A stretch of 64,000 nt of DNA, taken from contig CAWHIJ010000003.1 of assembly GCA_963829525.1 (NCBI GenBank), positions 2,144,001-2,208,000 on the forward strand, given 5' to 3'. The notes under the pieces are model-generated. The model was not told where the DNA came from. It saw only the letters and a program-made list of their open reading frames with translations, and searched no databases. The translations under genes were made by a program, and so were the position numbers. This document shows, in pieces, positions 7,904 through 18,471 of this stretch. Every line of letters starts with the position of its first letter. Position 1 is the stretch's first letter. Source of the stretch: an uncultured Actinomycetota bacterium (lineage in GTDB: Bacteria > Actinomycetota > Actinomycetes > JAHEKZ01).

Positions 7904-9160
7904 ATGCGACTGCGCACATCGTTGATTGCTGCCATTACTGCTGCGGGGCTGGCGATCACTCCACTGGCTCTCGCCGACCCCCTCGACCCAGACCCCTCAT
8001 TCGGCGGGGACGGATTCGTCCAGCTCTCATACGGGGGGGATGCGACGGCGGTCACTGCGCCCGGACGACGGCTCTACGTCGCCGGCTCAGCCATGGGCGC
8101 CGGGAGTGGGGAGAGTTATCTCTCGGTCGGACTGAGGGGTCGCCACGGGCGGCTGATCCGAGCCCAGGGGGGGCTGTTGGAACGATTCGCGGAATATCCT
8201 TTCGTGGCCGATGTGATGAGCTGGAGGCACAGAGTCTTCGCTGTCGGGCGGGTGGCAAACCTTTACAACGCGGACGGCCAGAAGGTCCCCGGCTACGGGT
8301 TCGCCGCAGCGTTCCCAAGGTCACTTGACCGGCACCTCGTCTGGGGTACCGACCGCTACGCCACATTCGATGAGACGAAGGGCGACCCGGGTTTGGAGCG
8401 GTTGCGTGAGGTGGACTTTGCGTCGGTGACCGGTGGTGCGGTCGACGCCCAAGGCCGGGTGCTGGTCACCGGCCGCGTCCACGGACAAACCGCCATCGTG
8501 CGGTTGACCCGCGACGGCCACATCGACCGCAGCTACGGCACCAACGGCGTAGCCACTATCGGCGTCGGCTCAGTCAGCAGCCCCCGCGACATCGCCGTCC
8601 ACGGCTCCACCGCCCTGGTCGTCGGCAACACGACCAACAGCAGAACCCACCAAGGCTTCGCCGCCCAAATCACCCCGTATGGGTACCGCGACCGAAGGTT
8701 CGACGACGACGGGGTCCGCCTTATCGGCCAGCCACTCAGCCACGCTGCCGCCGTCGCCACCGCAGAGACCGGACGCTGGTTGGTCGCTTACGAGTCGGCC
8801 AAACGCGCCCACGTCATCAAGTTCGGCGCCACCGGCAGCATCATCACCACCTTCGGCAAGGCCGGACACGCCACCGCCCGATGCACCCGCCCCAACGGAC
8901 TCCACGTCATCAACGCCCTGGCCACCCACCGACGCCACGGCTCGGTACACCGGATCGCCCTAGCACTCTCCTGTACCCGCGGCGACCAACTCCGCCGCCT
9001 CGCCGCCATCTGGCGACCAGGAGGCAAACCCATCACCACACTGCGACCAGACGGCGTCGGCCGCCTCCCCTGGCACAAACCGACCATCGACCTCACCTAC
9101 GGATGGCGCGGCAGAATCGTCGGGCTCAGCGGAGAGCGCTCCCTCATCCGACTCCGCTAA
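7904..9160 (+). CDS. Secreted protein with delta-60-like repeats
   Basis: Signal peptide ending ALA-D; repeats DPSFGGDG, DRSYGTNG, DRRFDDDG, ITTFGKAG; GGAGG RBS. Confidence 0.7.
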   Translation: MRLRTSLIAAITAAGLAITPLALADPLDPDPSFGGDGFVQLSYGGDATAVTAPGRRLYVAGSAMGAGSGESYLSVGLRGRHGRLIRAQGGLLERFAEYPFVADVMSWRHRVFAVGRVANLYNADGQKVPGYGFAAAFPRSLDRHLVWGTDRYATFDETKGDPGLERLREVDFASVTGGAVDAQGRVLVTGRVHGQTAIVRLTRDGHIDRSYGTNGVATIGVGSVSSPRDIAVHGSTALVVGNTTNSRTHQGFAAQITPYGYRDRRFDDDGVRLIGQPLSHAAAVATAETGRWLVAYESAKRAHVIKFGATGSIITTFGKAGHATARCTRPNGLHVINALATHRRHGSVHRIALALSCTRGDQLRRLAAIWRPGGKPITTLRPDGVGRLPWHKPTIDLTYGWRGRIVGLSGERSLIRLR

Positions 9161-9711
9161 GAGTCGGACGCCGCAAGCTGTTCCCGGACGACGCTGTACG
9201 CAAGACCCGGGCTGTAACCCTTTCGCGCCAGCATGCTCACAAGGCGTCGGGTGGCTGTGTCTGCATCCACGCCGCGCATCGACCGCAGTTTCTTGTCGAC
9301 GAGCTCCGCCGCAGAAACGCGTTCAGCATCGGCGTCAACGCACTCGAGCAGCACCGCATCGATGATCGCTGCGTCGATGCCCTTCTCCCTGAGTTCCCGA
9401 CGCAGCGCCGACCCCGCGAGTCCCCGCGACCGTTGCCGCGACTCGACCCAGCTGCGAGCAAAGAGTGCATCATCGATGTAACCAAGCTCGGTGTACCGGT
9501 CGAGAGCTGCCTCGGCGGCAAAGCCGGGCACTGCACGGCGCGCAAGGACCTGAGCGAGCTGGTGGCGGCTCTTGGCGCTGACGCTGAGCTGCTGAAGCAC
9601 GATCTGCTTGGCGACCTCGACCGGATCAGCGTCCGACTCGCGTCCCTCTGGGTCAGCGAGCGCGGACGACTCCGGTGACCTCTCGCGCGCAGCCCACGCT
9701 CCGCGGGCCAC
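9157..9711 (-). CDS. recX: Regulatory protein RecX
   Basis: Follows recA; GYIDDALFA..W, LRRELREKG, MLARKGYS. Confidence 0.92.
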   Translation of the reverse strand: MARGAWAARERSPESSALADPEGRESDADPVEVAKQIVLQQLSVSAKSRHQLAQVLARRAVPGFAAEAALDRYTELGYIDDALFARSWVESRQRSRGLAGSALRRELREKGIDAAIIDAVLLECVDADAERVSAAELVDKKLRSMRGVDADTATRRLVSMLARKGYSPGLAYSVVREQLAASDS

Positions 9712-9713
9712 GA

Positions 9714-10760
9714 CTAGGCGTCGACTGGGGCTGGTTCGGTGAGGTCGATATCACTGGCCTCAGCGTTGAGCTGCGGGCCGACCCCTAACTTCTCCTTGAT
9801 CTTCTTCTCGATCTCGTTGGCGAGGTCGGGATTGTCGATCAGGAAGTTACGGGAATTCTCCTTGCCCTGGCCGAGCTGATCACCTTCGTAGGTGTACCAA
9901 GCGCCGGACTTGCGCACGAAGCCGTGCTCGACACCAAGGTCCAGCAGCGACCCCTCGCGGGAGATGCCGTGGCCATAGAGGATGTCGAACTCTGCCTGCT
10001 TGAAGGGCGGAGCCATCTTGTTCTTGACAACCTTGATCCGCGTCCGGTTGCCCACCGGCTCGGTGCCGTCCTTGAGCGTCTCGATCCTGCGAACGTCCAG
10101 CCGGATCGACGAGTAGAACTTCAGCGCCTTGCCACCGGTGGTGGTCTCCGGTGAGCCAAAGAAGACGCCGATCTTCTCGCGCAGCTGGTTGATGAAGATG
10201 CAGGTGGTGTTGGTCTGGCTCAATGCGCCGGTGATCTTGCGCAGTGCCTGACTCATCAAGCGCGCCTGCAGTCCGACGTGGCTGTCGCCCATCTCGCCTT
10301 CGATCTCAGCGCGGGGCACCAGGGCAGCCACCGAGTCGATGACGATGATGTCGATCGCACCAGAGCGGATCAACATGTCGGTGATTTCCAGCGCCTGCTC
10401 ACCGGTGTCGGGCTGGGAGACGAGCAGCGCGTCGGTGTCGACACCAAGCTTCTTGGCGTACTCCGGGTCGAGCGCATGCTCGGCATCGATGAAGGCTGCG
10501 ATGCCGCCAAGTGCCTGGGCGTTGGCGACAGCGTGGAGCGCGACGGTGGTCTTACCCGATGACTCCGGACCGTAGATCTCGACGACCCGGCCACGCGGCA
10601 GCCCGCCGATGCCGAGTGCGATGTCGAGCGAGATGGCCCCCGTGGGGATCACCTCGACCGGAGCACGTGTCTCGTCACCGAGACGCATGACCGAGCCCTT
10701 GCCGAATTGGCGCTCGATCTGGGCGAGCGCTGAGTCAAGGGCCTTGTCGCGGTCTGCCAT
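9714..10760 (-). CDS. recA: Recombinase RecA (no intein)
   Basis: GPESSGKTT Walker [23 protein letters not shown]; 348 aa. Confidence 0.99.
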   Translation of the reverse strand: MADRDKALDSALAQIERQFGKGSVMRLGDETRAPVEVIPTGAISLDIALGIGGLPRGRVVEIYGPESSGKTTVALHAVANAQALGGIAAFIDAEHALDPEYAKKLGVDTDALLVSQPDTGEQALEITDMLIRSGAIDIIVIDSVAALVPRAEIEGEMGDSHVGLQARLMSQALRKITGALSQTNTTCIFINQLREKIGVFFGSPETTTGGKALKFYSSIRLDVRRIETLKDGTEPVGNRTRIKVVKNKMAPPFKQAEFDILYGHGISREGSLLDLGVEHGFVRKSGAWYTYEGDQLGQGKENSRNFLIDNPDLANEIEKKIKEKLGVGPQLNAEASDIDLTEPAPVDA

Positions 10761-10822
10761 GGGATCCCCTTCGAGGGTGGTCGGTCTGGGTCGAACATAC
10801 GTCGAACCTGTTGTCGCGGGCG

Positions 10823-10844
10823 ACGCTACGCCGGACCTCCGACA
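10823..10844 (-). promoter_or_regulatory. recA proximal promoter, RecA-NDp (PafBC-type) motif
   Basis: Minus strand TGTCG-GAG-GTCCGGCG-TAGCGT fits TGTCRgtg-N8-TAnnnT. Confidence 0.75.
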
Positions 10845-10919
10845 GGTGGCTGCGGGAGCGGCCGACCGGTGGACAACGAGCCCTTTGGGGCTGGACTGGC
10901 GTGAGGCGTCGAAGCGACT

Positions 10920-12185
10920 CTACCGAACAGGTGTTCGAACGCTGGATCCGACACGCCGCCGAATCAGGGCAGCCGCCAGTGGCAGCAGGCAGAGCCCGGC
11001 TGCCACATTGAGCCAGGCATAGGAGGCCGCGTAGACGATGACCCCGGCGAAGATTCCGCCGATGGCCGCCGCCACGTTCATCACGGTGTCACCCACACCT
11101 TGGGCCGCCGGACGGTGCTCGTCTGGCACCGAGGTGGACAGCAGCGCCGATCCACCCACCAGCGTCCCCGACCAGCCGAGCCCGAGCAGAAAGAGACCGA
11201 TGCCGAGTTGGACGACCGAATCACCCGATGCAGTGCCGGCAACGACTGTGGCCGCTGCCAGGACCACAACGCCCACGGTGATCACCCAGATGCTTCCCCG
11301 CCGATCAGCGAACCAGCCGACCACCGGCGAGAAGACGTACATGCCGAGGATGTGGACACTGATCACCAGGCCGACGATCTGCAACGTGACATCGACGTGC
11401 TGCATGTGCACCGGTGTCATCACCATCACCATCACCATCACCACATGTCCCACCGCCAACGCCGCAACCGCCAACGAGGCACCGGGGGAAGCGCGCACCA
11501 CTCGTGCCCCGTGCGCGAGCTCAGCGATCATCCCAGCCCCGCCTGCTCCAGCGGTGGCGTCGGCATTCAGGGCGAGGGCCAGGCTGCGTGCTTCCAACAG
11601 CGGATCGGGCCGAAGCAACCCTGACACCATCAGTGCGGCAAGCGTGATGGACGCCGCCGTCACCAGGTACGGGCCGCTGAGCGGCGGGAGGCCGACGGCT
11701 TCGGCCAGCGACGACGCCGGCTGCATCAAGTTCGGCCCGAGGACAGCACCCACGGTCGTCGCCCAGACGACCAGAGCGAGGTCGCGCCCCACATGCTCAG
11801 GGGCGGCCAGATCGCTGGCGGCGTAGCGCGCCTGCAGCCCAACTGCGGAGGCAACCCCCACCCCGAAAGTACCGACAAGGACGAGGGGGACGAGCTCAAA
11901 CACCGAAGCCACGATCACGACGAGTGCGCCCACTGCCGCGATCCACAGCCCCGTGACGAGACCGATACGCCGGCCGGATCTGACCGAGAGCCAGGCCAGC
12001 GGCCCGGCTGCGACGGCTGTGCCAATCACGCCGAACGTCTGAGCGAGGCCGGCCAGCCCCTCGGTGCCGGTGAGCTCGGCCACGAGCAGGCTTCCTGCCG
12101 CGACACCCGCGCCGACGCCGACGCCGGTAAGCACCTGGGCCGCTGCCAGTACACCGACGGTGCGTCGCTGGAGCGCGCTGCTCAT
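10920..12185 (-). CDS. MFS transporter
   Basis: About 12 hydrophobic segments; SVRSGRR and ADRRG MFS loop motifs; QARYAASDLA; ATGA overlap with the upstream gene. Confidence 0.88.
   Translation of the reverse strand: MSSALQRRTVGVLAAAQVLTGVGVGAGVAAGSLLVAELTGTEGLAGLAQTFGVIGTAVAAGPLAWLSVRSGRRIGLVTGLWIAAVGALVVIVASVFELVPLVLVGTFGVGVASAVGLQARYAASDLAAPEHVGRDLALVVWATTVGAVLGPNLMQPASSLAEAVGLPPLSGPYLVTAASITLAALMVSGLLRPDPLLEARSLALALNADATAGAGGAGMIAELAHGARVVRASPGASLAVAALAVGHVVMVMVMVMTPVHMQHVDVTLQIVGLVISVHILGMYVFSPVVGWFADRRGSIWVITVGVVVLAAATVVAGTASGDSVVQLGIGLFLLGLGWSGTLVGGSALLSTSVPDEHRPAAQGVGDTVMNVAAAIGGIFAGVIVYAASYAWLNVAAGLCLLPLAAALIRRRVGSSVRTPVR
10923..10938. promoter_or_regulatory. LexA SOS box at the recA distal promoter
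   Basis: CCGAAC-AGGT-GTTCGA, immediately followed on the minus strand by TAGAGT (-10). Confidence 0.85.
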
Positions 12186-12376
12186 CGGTAGCGCGCCGGC
12201 AGATCGAGCGCCGCGACCACGGCCCGCCACACCCGGGTGGCGTCCTCGCCGTCGGCGAGCGCCTGCTCGACCGTGCGTCCCTCGAGGTCGCTCAAGACGT
12301 GGTCACGGGCGAAACTGCGCGCATAGGAGGAACCGAGATGTGTCTCCATGCGCTCCCAGAAGTCAGTGAACCGCAC
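12182..12376 (-). CDS. DUF3046 family protein
   Basis: MRFTDFWERM...DHVLSDLEGRTVEQAL...VWRAV; usual neighbour upstream of actinobacterial recA. Confidence 0.88.
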   Translation of the reverse strand: MRFTDFWERMETHLGSSYARSFARDHVLSDLEGRTVEQALADGEDATRVWRAVVAALDLPARYR

Positions 12377-12401
12377 GGAGGCGACTGTACGACAGGCGCA
12401 T

Positions 12402-13244
12402 TCAGCTCGGTGGAGGTACGGGCGGGGCGGGTGGTGCTGGAGGGGGCTCTGGTGCATCGGCGGGCGCTGGTGAGTCCACCGCTGCCTCCGCTGCGGTCGG
12501 CGCCCCCGGAACGATGCTGCCATCGGGCAGCGGGCCGGCTGCCGGGGCAACGGCATTCTGCCGTCCCCGCAGGGCCAGGAGCAGAACGATGCCGACCACC
12601 ACGAGGGTCAGTAAGGCTGCGACAGCGGCGATCAGCGTCCAGGGGATACCAGCCTTGGCGCTACCCACTGCCGAAATCTCGGTGACCTCACCCGGCTTCG
12701 GCGCCCAGGTGACGGTGTTGCCGTCCTCCACGCCGTTACTGCTCTTGACGTCGCCAGGGAAGGTGATCGAGAGCTCCGCCTCGGCCGACTCAAGGAGCGC
12801 ACTCGCGGACGGCTCGGTTCCCGTTCCCTGGGACAGATCGAGCGTCCCTTTCACGATGAACTCGTCGCCTTCTCTTGTGATCGACAGATCGCCGGTGTCG
12901 GTTCCACTGAACTCGTCGAGCGCGACGTCGGTGAAGATGTACTCGTTCCCGATCCAGTCCGCGTCCTCGTAGTCCTTGGTCTCGACCGACCCAGTCGCCG
13001 GATCCTCCCCGAGCAGACCGCCGCCTTCGCCAGCCAATGCCTCCCGCAAGGCGTCCTCACCGCCGAAGAGCTGGGCCTGGTCACGATCGATAGCGAGAAC
13101 GATTGAGCCATCGACTGTGTCGTCCGACGAGAGCTCGAGCGACATGTCGAGCTTGAAACAGCCTGAGAGCGCGACCACACCGATCGCGGCGAGCACTGCC
13201 ATGGAAGCCGATCGGCGCAGTCTGGTAGGGACGTTAAGTTCCAT
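12402..13244 (-). CDS. LppM-like lipoprotein with C-terminal TM and Pro-rich tail
   Basis: Lipobox LSGC, DDTVDGS, ITFPGDVKSSNG..GNTVTW; start uncertain. Confidence 0.75.
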   Translation of the reverse strand: MELNVPTRLRRSASMAVLAAIGVVALSGCFKLDMSLELSSDDTVDGSIVLAIDRDQAQLFGGEDALREALAGEGGGLLGEDPATGSVETKDYEDADWIGNEYIFTDVALDEFSGTDTGDLSITREGDEFIVKGTLDLSQGTGTEPSASALLESAEAELSITFPGDVKSSNGVEDGNTVTWAPKPGEVTEISAVGSAKAGIPWTLIAAVAALLTLVVVGIVLLLALRGRQNAVAPAAGPLPDGSIVPGAPTAAEAAVDSPAPADAPEPPPAPPAPPVPPPS

Positions 13245-13339
13245 GTTTCCATTCACCCGCGTCCGTTAACTGATCACAAGTACCCACGCCGGTGGTGACG
13301 CCGGTGGTGACGATCAGCGCCACCGACCAAGATGGAGAT

Positions 13340-16300
13340 GTGTCCACTCCCTTAGGCACCTTCTCCCCGCAGACGCGGCGCTGGTTCGAGACGGTCTTCG
13401 CCGAGCCCACACCGGCGCAAGATGCCGCGTGGCGGGCGATCAGCGCTGGAGAGAACACCCTGGTCGTTGCACCCACTGGCTCTGGCAAGACCCTGGCCGC
13501 CTTCCTCTGGGCACTCGACCGCTGTGCGAGCACGGCTCAGGAAGACCACGGCACGACCATCTTGTACATCTCCCCGCTCAAGGCTCTTGCTGTCGACATC
13601 GAGCGCAACCTGCGGGCACCCTTAGCCGGGATCGGGAACGCCTACGCGCTCGAAGGGCTCACTCCCCCTGAGATCTCCGTCGCGATCCGCACCGGCGACA
13701 CCTCAGCATCCGAGCGCCAGCGACAACTCAGGCGCCCGAGCACTCTCCTGATCACAACGCCGGAGTCGCTCTACCTGATCCTCACTTCAAAGGCGCGCGA
13801 GACGTTGCAGACGGTCACCACCGTGATCGTCGATGAGGTTCATGCGGTGGCTGGCACCAAGCGTGGCGCGCACCTGGCCCTCTCACTGGAACGGCTCGAT
13901 GTGCTCCTCCCCGCGCCGGCTCAGCGCATCGGACTCTCAGCGACCGTTCGTCCGACCGAAACAGTTGCGTCATTCCTCGGCGGACCACACCCGGTGACCG
14001 TCGTCCAGCCTCCCAGCAGCAAGGAACTCGATCTGTCGGTCGTTGTCCCTGTCGAGGACCTCTCCGCGCTGGGCGACGACGTCCACTTCGGCGGTAGCCC
14101 TGATGACGGCGAGATCGCCCCATCAGCACCCTCGCTGTGGCCGCACGTCGAGTCACGCATCGTCGACCTCATCACCGAGCACCGATCGACGATCGTGTTC
14201 GCCAACTCCCGCCGGCTGACCGAAAGACTGGCGGCCCGTCTCAACGAAGAGGCTGCGCGTCGGTCCGGTGGCGCCAATGCCCCTGCCACGAGCGCTGCGC
14301 CAGCAGAGGTGATGGCCCAGGCCGGTTCCACACTCCCCCTGCCGGGAAATGTCCCGGAGATTGCCCGTGCGCACCACGGCTCGGTCTCGCGTGAGCAACG
14401 CGCTGACATCGAGGAGCAGCTGAAGCAGGGAACCCTTCCGGCTGTGGTCGCCACCAGCAGTCTCGAGCTCGGAATCGACATGGGAGCTGTCGATCTCGTG
14501 GTGCAAGTCGAGTCACCACCCTCGGTCGCCAGTGGCCTGCAGCGGATCGGCCGAGCCGGCCACCACGTCGGGGGGGTCTCACGCGGAGTTCTCTTCCCCA
14601 AGCACCGTGGTGACCTGCTGCCGAGTGCGGTAGCCGTCGATCGGATGCGACGCGGCGAGATTGAGTCGCTCAGTGTTCCCCGCAACCCGCTCGATGTCCT
14701 CGCCCAGCACGTCGTGGCCATGGTCGCAATGGACGACTGGACCGTGCCCGAACTTGCGACTGTTGTTAGGCGCGCCGACCCATTCCGCGCCCTGCCCGAC
14801 TCAGCACTACACGGCGTCCTCGACATGCTGGCTGGCCGCTACCCGTCCGACGCCTTCGCCGAGCTCAAACCACGTCTGGTGTGGGACCGAGAGCGCGACC
14901 TACTCACCGCCAGGCCAGGTGCGCACCGCATCGCGGTGATCAACGGCGGCACGATTCCCGACCGCGGTCTGTACGGCGTCTTCCTCGCCGGTGGTGGCGG
15001 ACCAGGGCGCCGCGTCGGTGAGCTCGACGAGGAAATGGTCTACGAGTCGCGCATTGGTGACGTCTTCGCCCTCGGCTCCACGTCGTGGCAGATCGTCGAC
15101 ATCACCCACGATCAGGTGCTCGTGACGCCGGCACCAGGACGCGCCGGCAAGCTTCCCTTCTGGCACGGCGACACAATTGGTCGCCCTCGGGAGTTCGGCC
15201 AGGCGATCGGTGCCACAATCCGGCAGCTTCGAGGCAGCACACCTGAGCAAGCCGGACAGAAGTTGACAGCCCTCGGCCTCGACACCAACGCCGCCGCCAA
15301 TGCACTCGCCTACCTCGATGAGCAGCATGAGGTCTGCGGCGTGGTCCCCGATGACCAGACGATCGTCGTCGAACGCTTCCGCGACGAGATAGGCGATTGG
15401 CGCCTCGTGGTCCACTCATTGGCCGGCGGACGCGTGAACACGCCGTGGGCGCTCGCCCTCGCTGCTCGGCTCCGCGACGATCTCGACATCGATGTCCAGG
15501 TCATGCCATCTGACGATGGCATCGTGCTTCGACTCCCCGATCTCGGTGGCGACGACGAAGCTGCCCCCGACATCGTCGAACACCTCCTCATCGACCCAGG
15601 TGATGCTGAGCGTCAGGTCACCGATGCGGTGTGGGGGTCGGCCCTCTTCGCTGCCCGCTTCCGCGAGTGCTCGGCGCGGGCCCTTCTTCTCCCCAGGCGT
15701 CGCCCCGACCGCAGGACGCCGCTCTGGCAGCAGCGCCAACGGTCGGCTCAGCTGTTGGGGGTGGCGTCCGGCCACCCGACTTTCCCGCTGGTGCTGGAGA
15801 CCATGCGTGAGTGCCTGCAAGATGTCTTCGATGTCCCCGGGCTCAGCGAGCTGCTCAATGATCTTGACTCCGGAAGGATGCGCATCGTCGAGGTCGAGAC
15901 ACAGCGGCCCTCCCCCTTCGCTCGTTCGCTGCTGTTCTCCTATGTCGGCGCGTTCCTTTACGAAGGAGATGCCCCGCTCGCCGAAAGGAGGGCGGCAGCA
16001 CTCTCCGTCGACACAGCGCTACTCGCAGAGCTGCTCGGACAAGCTGAGCTCCGTGAGCTGCTCGACCCCGACGCGATCGCCCTCGTCGAACGGAGGGTCG
16101 GCTGGCTGACCGACGAGCGGCGCCTGCGGGACGCCGAGGCAGTGGCCGATGCGCTGCGAGTCCTCGGTCCGCTCTCAGATCACGACATCGAAATGAGAGG
16201 CGGCGAGCTGGCATGGGTCGTCGCACTCACCGAAGCGCGACGATCTGTCTCGGTGCGGCTGCCGGCCGGCGACCGGTGGGTTGCTGTCGAAGATCTCGCT

Positions 16301-17962
16301 CGATTGCGCGATGCGCTCGGCATCCCGTTGCCTCCCGGAGTCTCCGGTGCATTCGCCGCACCAGCCCTGGACCCGGTTGGCGACCTCGTCTCGCGCTACG
16401 CGCGTACGCACGGTCCCTTCACAACAGCCGAGACGGCTGCCGCCCTCGGACTCGGGCCCGCCGTCGTCACGACGGCGATCAACCGCCTCGTCGGGGCCGG
16501 GCGCATCGTGGCTGGTGCCTTTCGCCCTGGCGGCAGTGGCCCGGAGTGGTGCGACGCCGAGGTGCTGCGCCAGATCAGGCGAGCGAGCCTGGCCATCGCC
16601 CAGAGAGCCGTCGAGCCGGTACCCGCCGAGCGACTGGCCACCTTCCTTCCCAGTTGGCAGGGCGTTACTGGGCAGGGCGTTATCGGGCAGGGCGTCAGCA
16701 GGCACGACGCAGCTGTCGGCGCCGACGACCTCTACCGCGTGGTCGATCAACTCGCTGGTGTCGTCGCGCCCGCGTCGGAGTGGGAGCGGAGCATCTTCCC
16801 CGCCCGACTCCGCGGCTACCAACCGTCTTGGCTCGATGAGCTCACCGGCTCTGGTGACGTGATCTGGTTCGGAGCTGGCTCCCTTCCCCAAGGTGATGGG
16901 TGGGTCGGGTTCGTACCGGCCGATCAAGCGGCGACACTGCTGCCACCCTCCGAAGTGCTCCGCGATCCAACCGACGCTCATGCGGCTGTCTTGGACGTCT
17001 TCGGCGAAGGTGTCGCACTGCTTACCCGCGGAATTCACGCCGCGCTCGCTGGCTACCCCACCGACGTCGTCGATGCGGCCCTTTGGGATCTCGTCTGGGC
17101 CGGTGTTCTCACCAACGACTCGCTTGCTGCGCTGCGTTCGCGGCAAAGCACCAGCCGAGGAGCCCTTCGACCGCGACCTCTTTCCATCGGACGTAGCCAC
17201 TCCCGGCGCGCAGTCCGCCGCACGCCTGTCGAGGCCGTTCCCGGACGTTGGTTCCGGGTGCCCGAGCAACCGGAGTCGGCCACACTCCGCGCCCATGCCG
17301 CTGCAGAAACCATGCTCAGTCGTCACGGAGTGCTCACTCGAGGGTCGGCGGCAGCAGAGGGTGTGCCGGGAGGGTTTGCGGCGGTCTACCGGGTCCTGAC
17401 CGCCATGGAGGACACCGGACGTGTGCAACGCGGCTACTTCGTCGAGGGCCTAGGTGCGGCGCAGTTCGCCAGTGGCGCAGCCGTCGACCGGCTGCGCACC
17501 GACAACGACGCAACTGAGCAGACGTACGCACTTGCAGCCACCGATCCAGCGAATCCCTATGGGGCAGCGCTCGCGTGGCCAACCTCCCGTGCCTCGCATC
17601 TGCCGGGACGGAAGGCTGGGGCGACGGTGGCGATCGACCGTCAAGGGTTGGCCTTGTTCGCCGAGCGCGGTGGTCGATCCCTGCTCACCTGGTGCGCTCC
17701 CGACAGTGACCGCGCCCGCACAGCATTGTCAGTCATGGTAAACGAGGTGCACTCGGGGCACCGGCCCGCGCTTCATGTGATGAAGGTGGATGGCGTCGAC
17801 ATCCAGGCATCACCATGGCGTGCAGCGCTGCAGGACGCTGGCTTCTTGCTGACTCCACGGGGTCTTCGGTTACGACCCGTACGCCTTCATGAGCGCGAAC
17901 GATATCCTCGGCCTGGTCAGGGAACGCGCACCTCGTCATCTGCGCGCACCGAAGTGACCTAG
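13340..17962 (+). CDS. lhr: Lhr-family ATP-dependent helicase (long form)
   Basis: APTGSGKT, DEVH, SAT, HHGS, QRIGRAGH; C-terminal RGYFVEGLGAAQFA, AATDPANPYG; GTG after GGAG. Confidence 0.95.
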   Translation: MSTPLGTFSPQTRRWFETVFAEPTPAQDAAWRAISAGENTLVVAPTGSGKTLAAFLWALDRCASTAQEDHGTTILYISPLKALAVDIERNLRAPLAGIGNAYALEGLTPPEISVAIRTGDTSASERQRQLRRPSTLLITTPESLYLILTSKARETLQTVTTVIVDEVHAVAGTKRGAHLALSLERLDVLLPAPAQRIGLSATVRPTETVASFLGGPHPVTVVQPPSSKELDLSVVVPVEDLSALGDDVHFGGSPDDGEIAPSAPSLWPHVESRIVDLITEHRSTIVFANSRRLTERLAARLNEEAARRSGGANAPATSAAPAEVMAQAGSTLPLPGNVPEIARAHHGSVSREQRADIEEQLKQGTLPAVVATSSLELGIDMGAVDLVVQVESPPSVASGLQRIGRAGHHVGGVSRGVLFPKHRGDLLPSAVAVDRMRRGEIESLSVPRNPLDVLAQHVVAMVAMDDWTVPELATVVRRADPFRALPDSALHGVLDMLAGRYPSDAFAELKPRLVWDRERDLLTARPGAHRIAVINGGTIPDRGLYGVFLAGGGGPGRRVGELDEEMVYESRIGDVFALGSTSWQIVDITHDQVLVTPAPGRAGKLPFWHGDTIGRPREFGQAIGATIRQLRGSTPEQAGQKLTALGLDTNAAANALAYLDEQHEVCGVVPDDQTIVVERFRDEIGDWRLVVHSLAGGRVNTPWALALAARLRDDLDIDVQVMPSDDGIVLRLPDLGGDDEAAPDIVEHLLIDPGDAERQVTDAVWGSALFAARFRECSARALLLPRRRPDRRTPLWQQRQRSAQLLGVASGHPTFPLVLETMRECLQDVFDVPGLSELLNDLDSGRMRIVEVETQRPSPFARSLLFSYVGAFLYEGDAPLAERRAAALSVDTALLAELLGQAELRELLDPDAIALVERRVGWLTDERRLRDAEAVADALRVLGPLSDHDIEMRGGELAWVVALTEARRSVSVRLPAGDRWVAVEDLARLRDALGIPLPPGVSGAFAAPALDPVGDLVSRYARTHGPFTTAETAAALGLGPAVVTTAINRLVGAGRIVAGAFRPGGSGPEWCDAEVLRQIRRASLAIAQRAVEPVPAERLATFLPSWQGVTGQGVIGQGVSRHDAAVGADDLYRVVDQLAGVVAPASEWERSIFPARLRGYQPSWLDELTGSGDVIWFGAGSLPQGDGWVGFVPADQAATLLPPSEVLRDPTDAHAAVLDVFGEGVALLTRGIHAALAGYPTDVVDAALWDLVWAGVLTNDSLAALRSRQSTSRGALRPRPLSIGRSHSRRAVRRTPVEAVPGRWFRVPEQPESATLRAHAAAETMLSRHGVLTRGSAAAEGVPGGFAAVYRVLTAMEDTGRVQRGYFVEGLGAAQFASGAAVDRLRTDNDATEQTYALAATDPANPYGAALAWPTSRASHLPGRKAGATVAIDRQGLALFAERGGRSLLTWCAPDSDRARTALSVMVNEVHSGHRPALHVMKVDGVDIQASPWRAALQDAGFLLTPRGLRLRPVRLHERERYPRPGQGTRTSSSARTEVT

Positions 17963-18471
17963 TTGGCCAACCCCGGCTCCGAGGAGGTTTCGCCAGATCG
18001 CCGGGGAGCGAAGACAAAGGAGAGCAGCCAACGCCTGGCGGCTTCGGGATCGGTTCCGGTGGCGCACCACCGTTCGACGTCGGCCGCCACGGAGTCATCA
18101 CCGGCGGCAGCGTCGGCCACTTTCACCAAGGTGCTGGGCTCGTAGCGCCTGACCCCGGCAACGACCGGCGACTCACTGAGCCACGCTGCTGCTGCGTCGA
18201 GGCGTTCACCTGAAGGTGCCAGCGAACAGTGAGCGATGAGACTCTCACGCTGGAGGGCGAGAAGCGCCAGGAGCAGTTCGTTCCGATCGCGGAAGTGGTT
18301 GTACACGGTCGCCTTGGCCACGGCCGCGCGGCGAGCGACCGCGGCCATCGTCACCGCTCTCGGGCCGCCGGAGGCCACCAGGTCTGCCGCAGCATGCAGA
18401 ATCCCCGCACGCGCCCGCTCCATTGCATTGCCGGCGCGGACGTGGGGAGGACTCTTCGTCGGCACGCTCAA
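17959..18471 (-). CDS. TetR/AcrR family regulator
   Basis: [24 protein letters not shown]. Confidence 0.8.
   Translation of the reverse strand: MSVPTKSPPHVRAGNAMERARAGILHAAADLVASGGPRAVTMAAVARRAAVAKATVYNHFRDRNELLLALLALQRESLIAHCSLAPSGERLDAAAAWLSESPVVAGVRRYEPSTLVKVADAAAGDDSVAADVERWCATGTDPEAARRWLLSFVFAPRRSGETSSEPGLAN

Noticed and set aside
9714-10760. Intein in RecA
   Set aside because: Normal 348-aa length with continuous motifs.
11415-11442. CACCAT hexamer run (poly-His in a + frame)
   Set aside because: It is the MVMVMVM helix of the minus-strand MFS protein.
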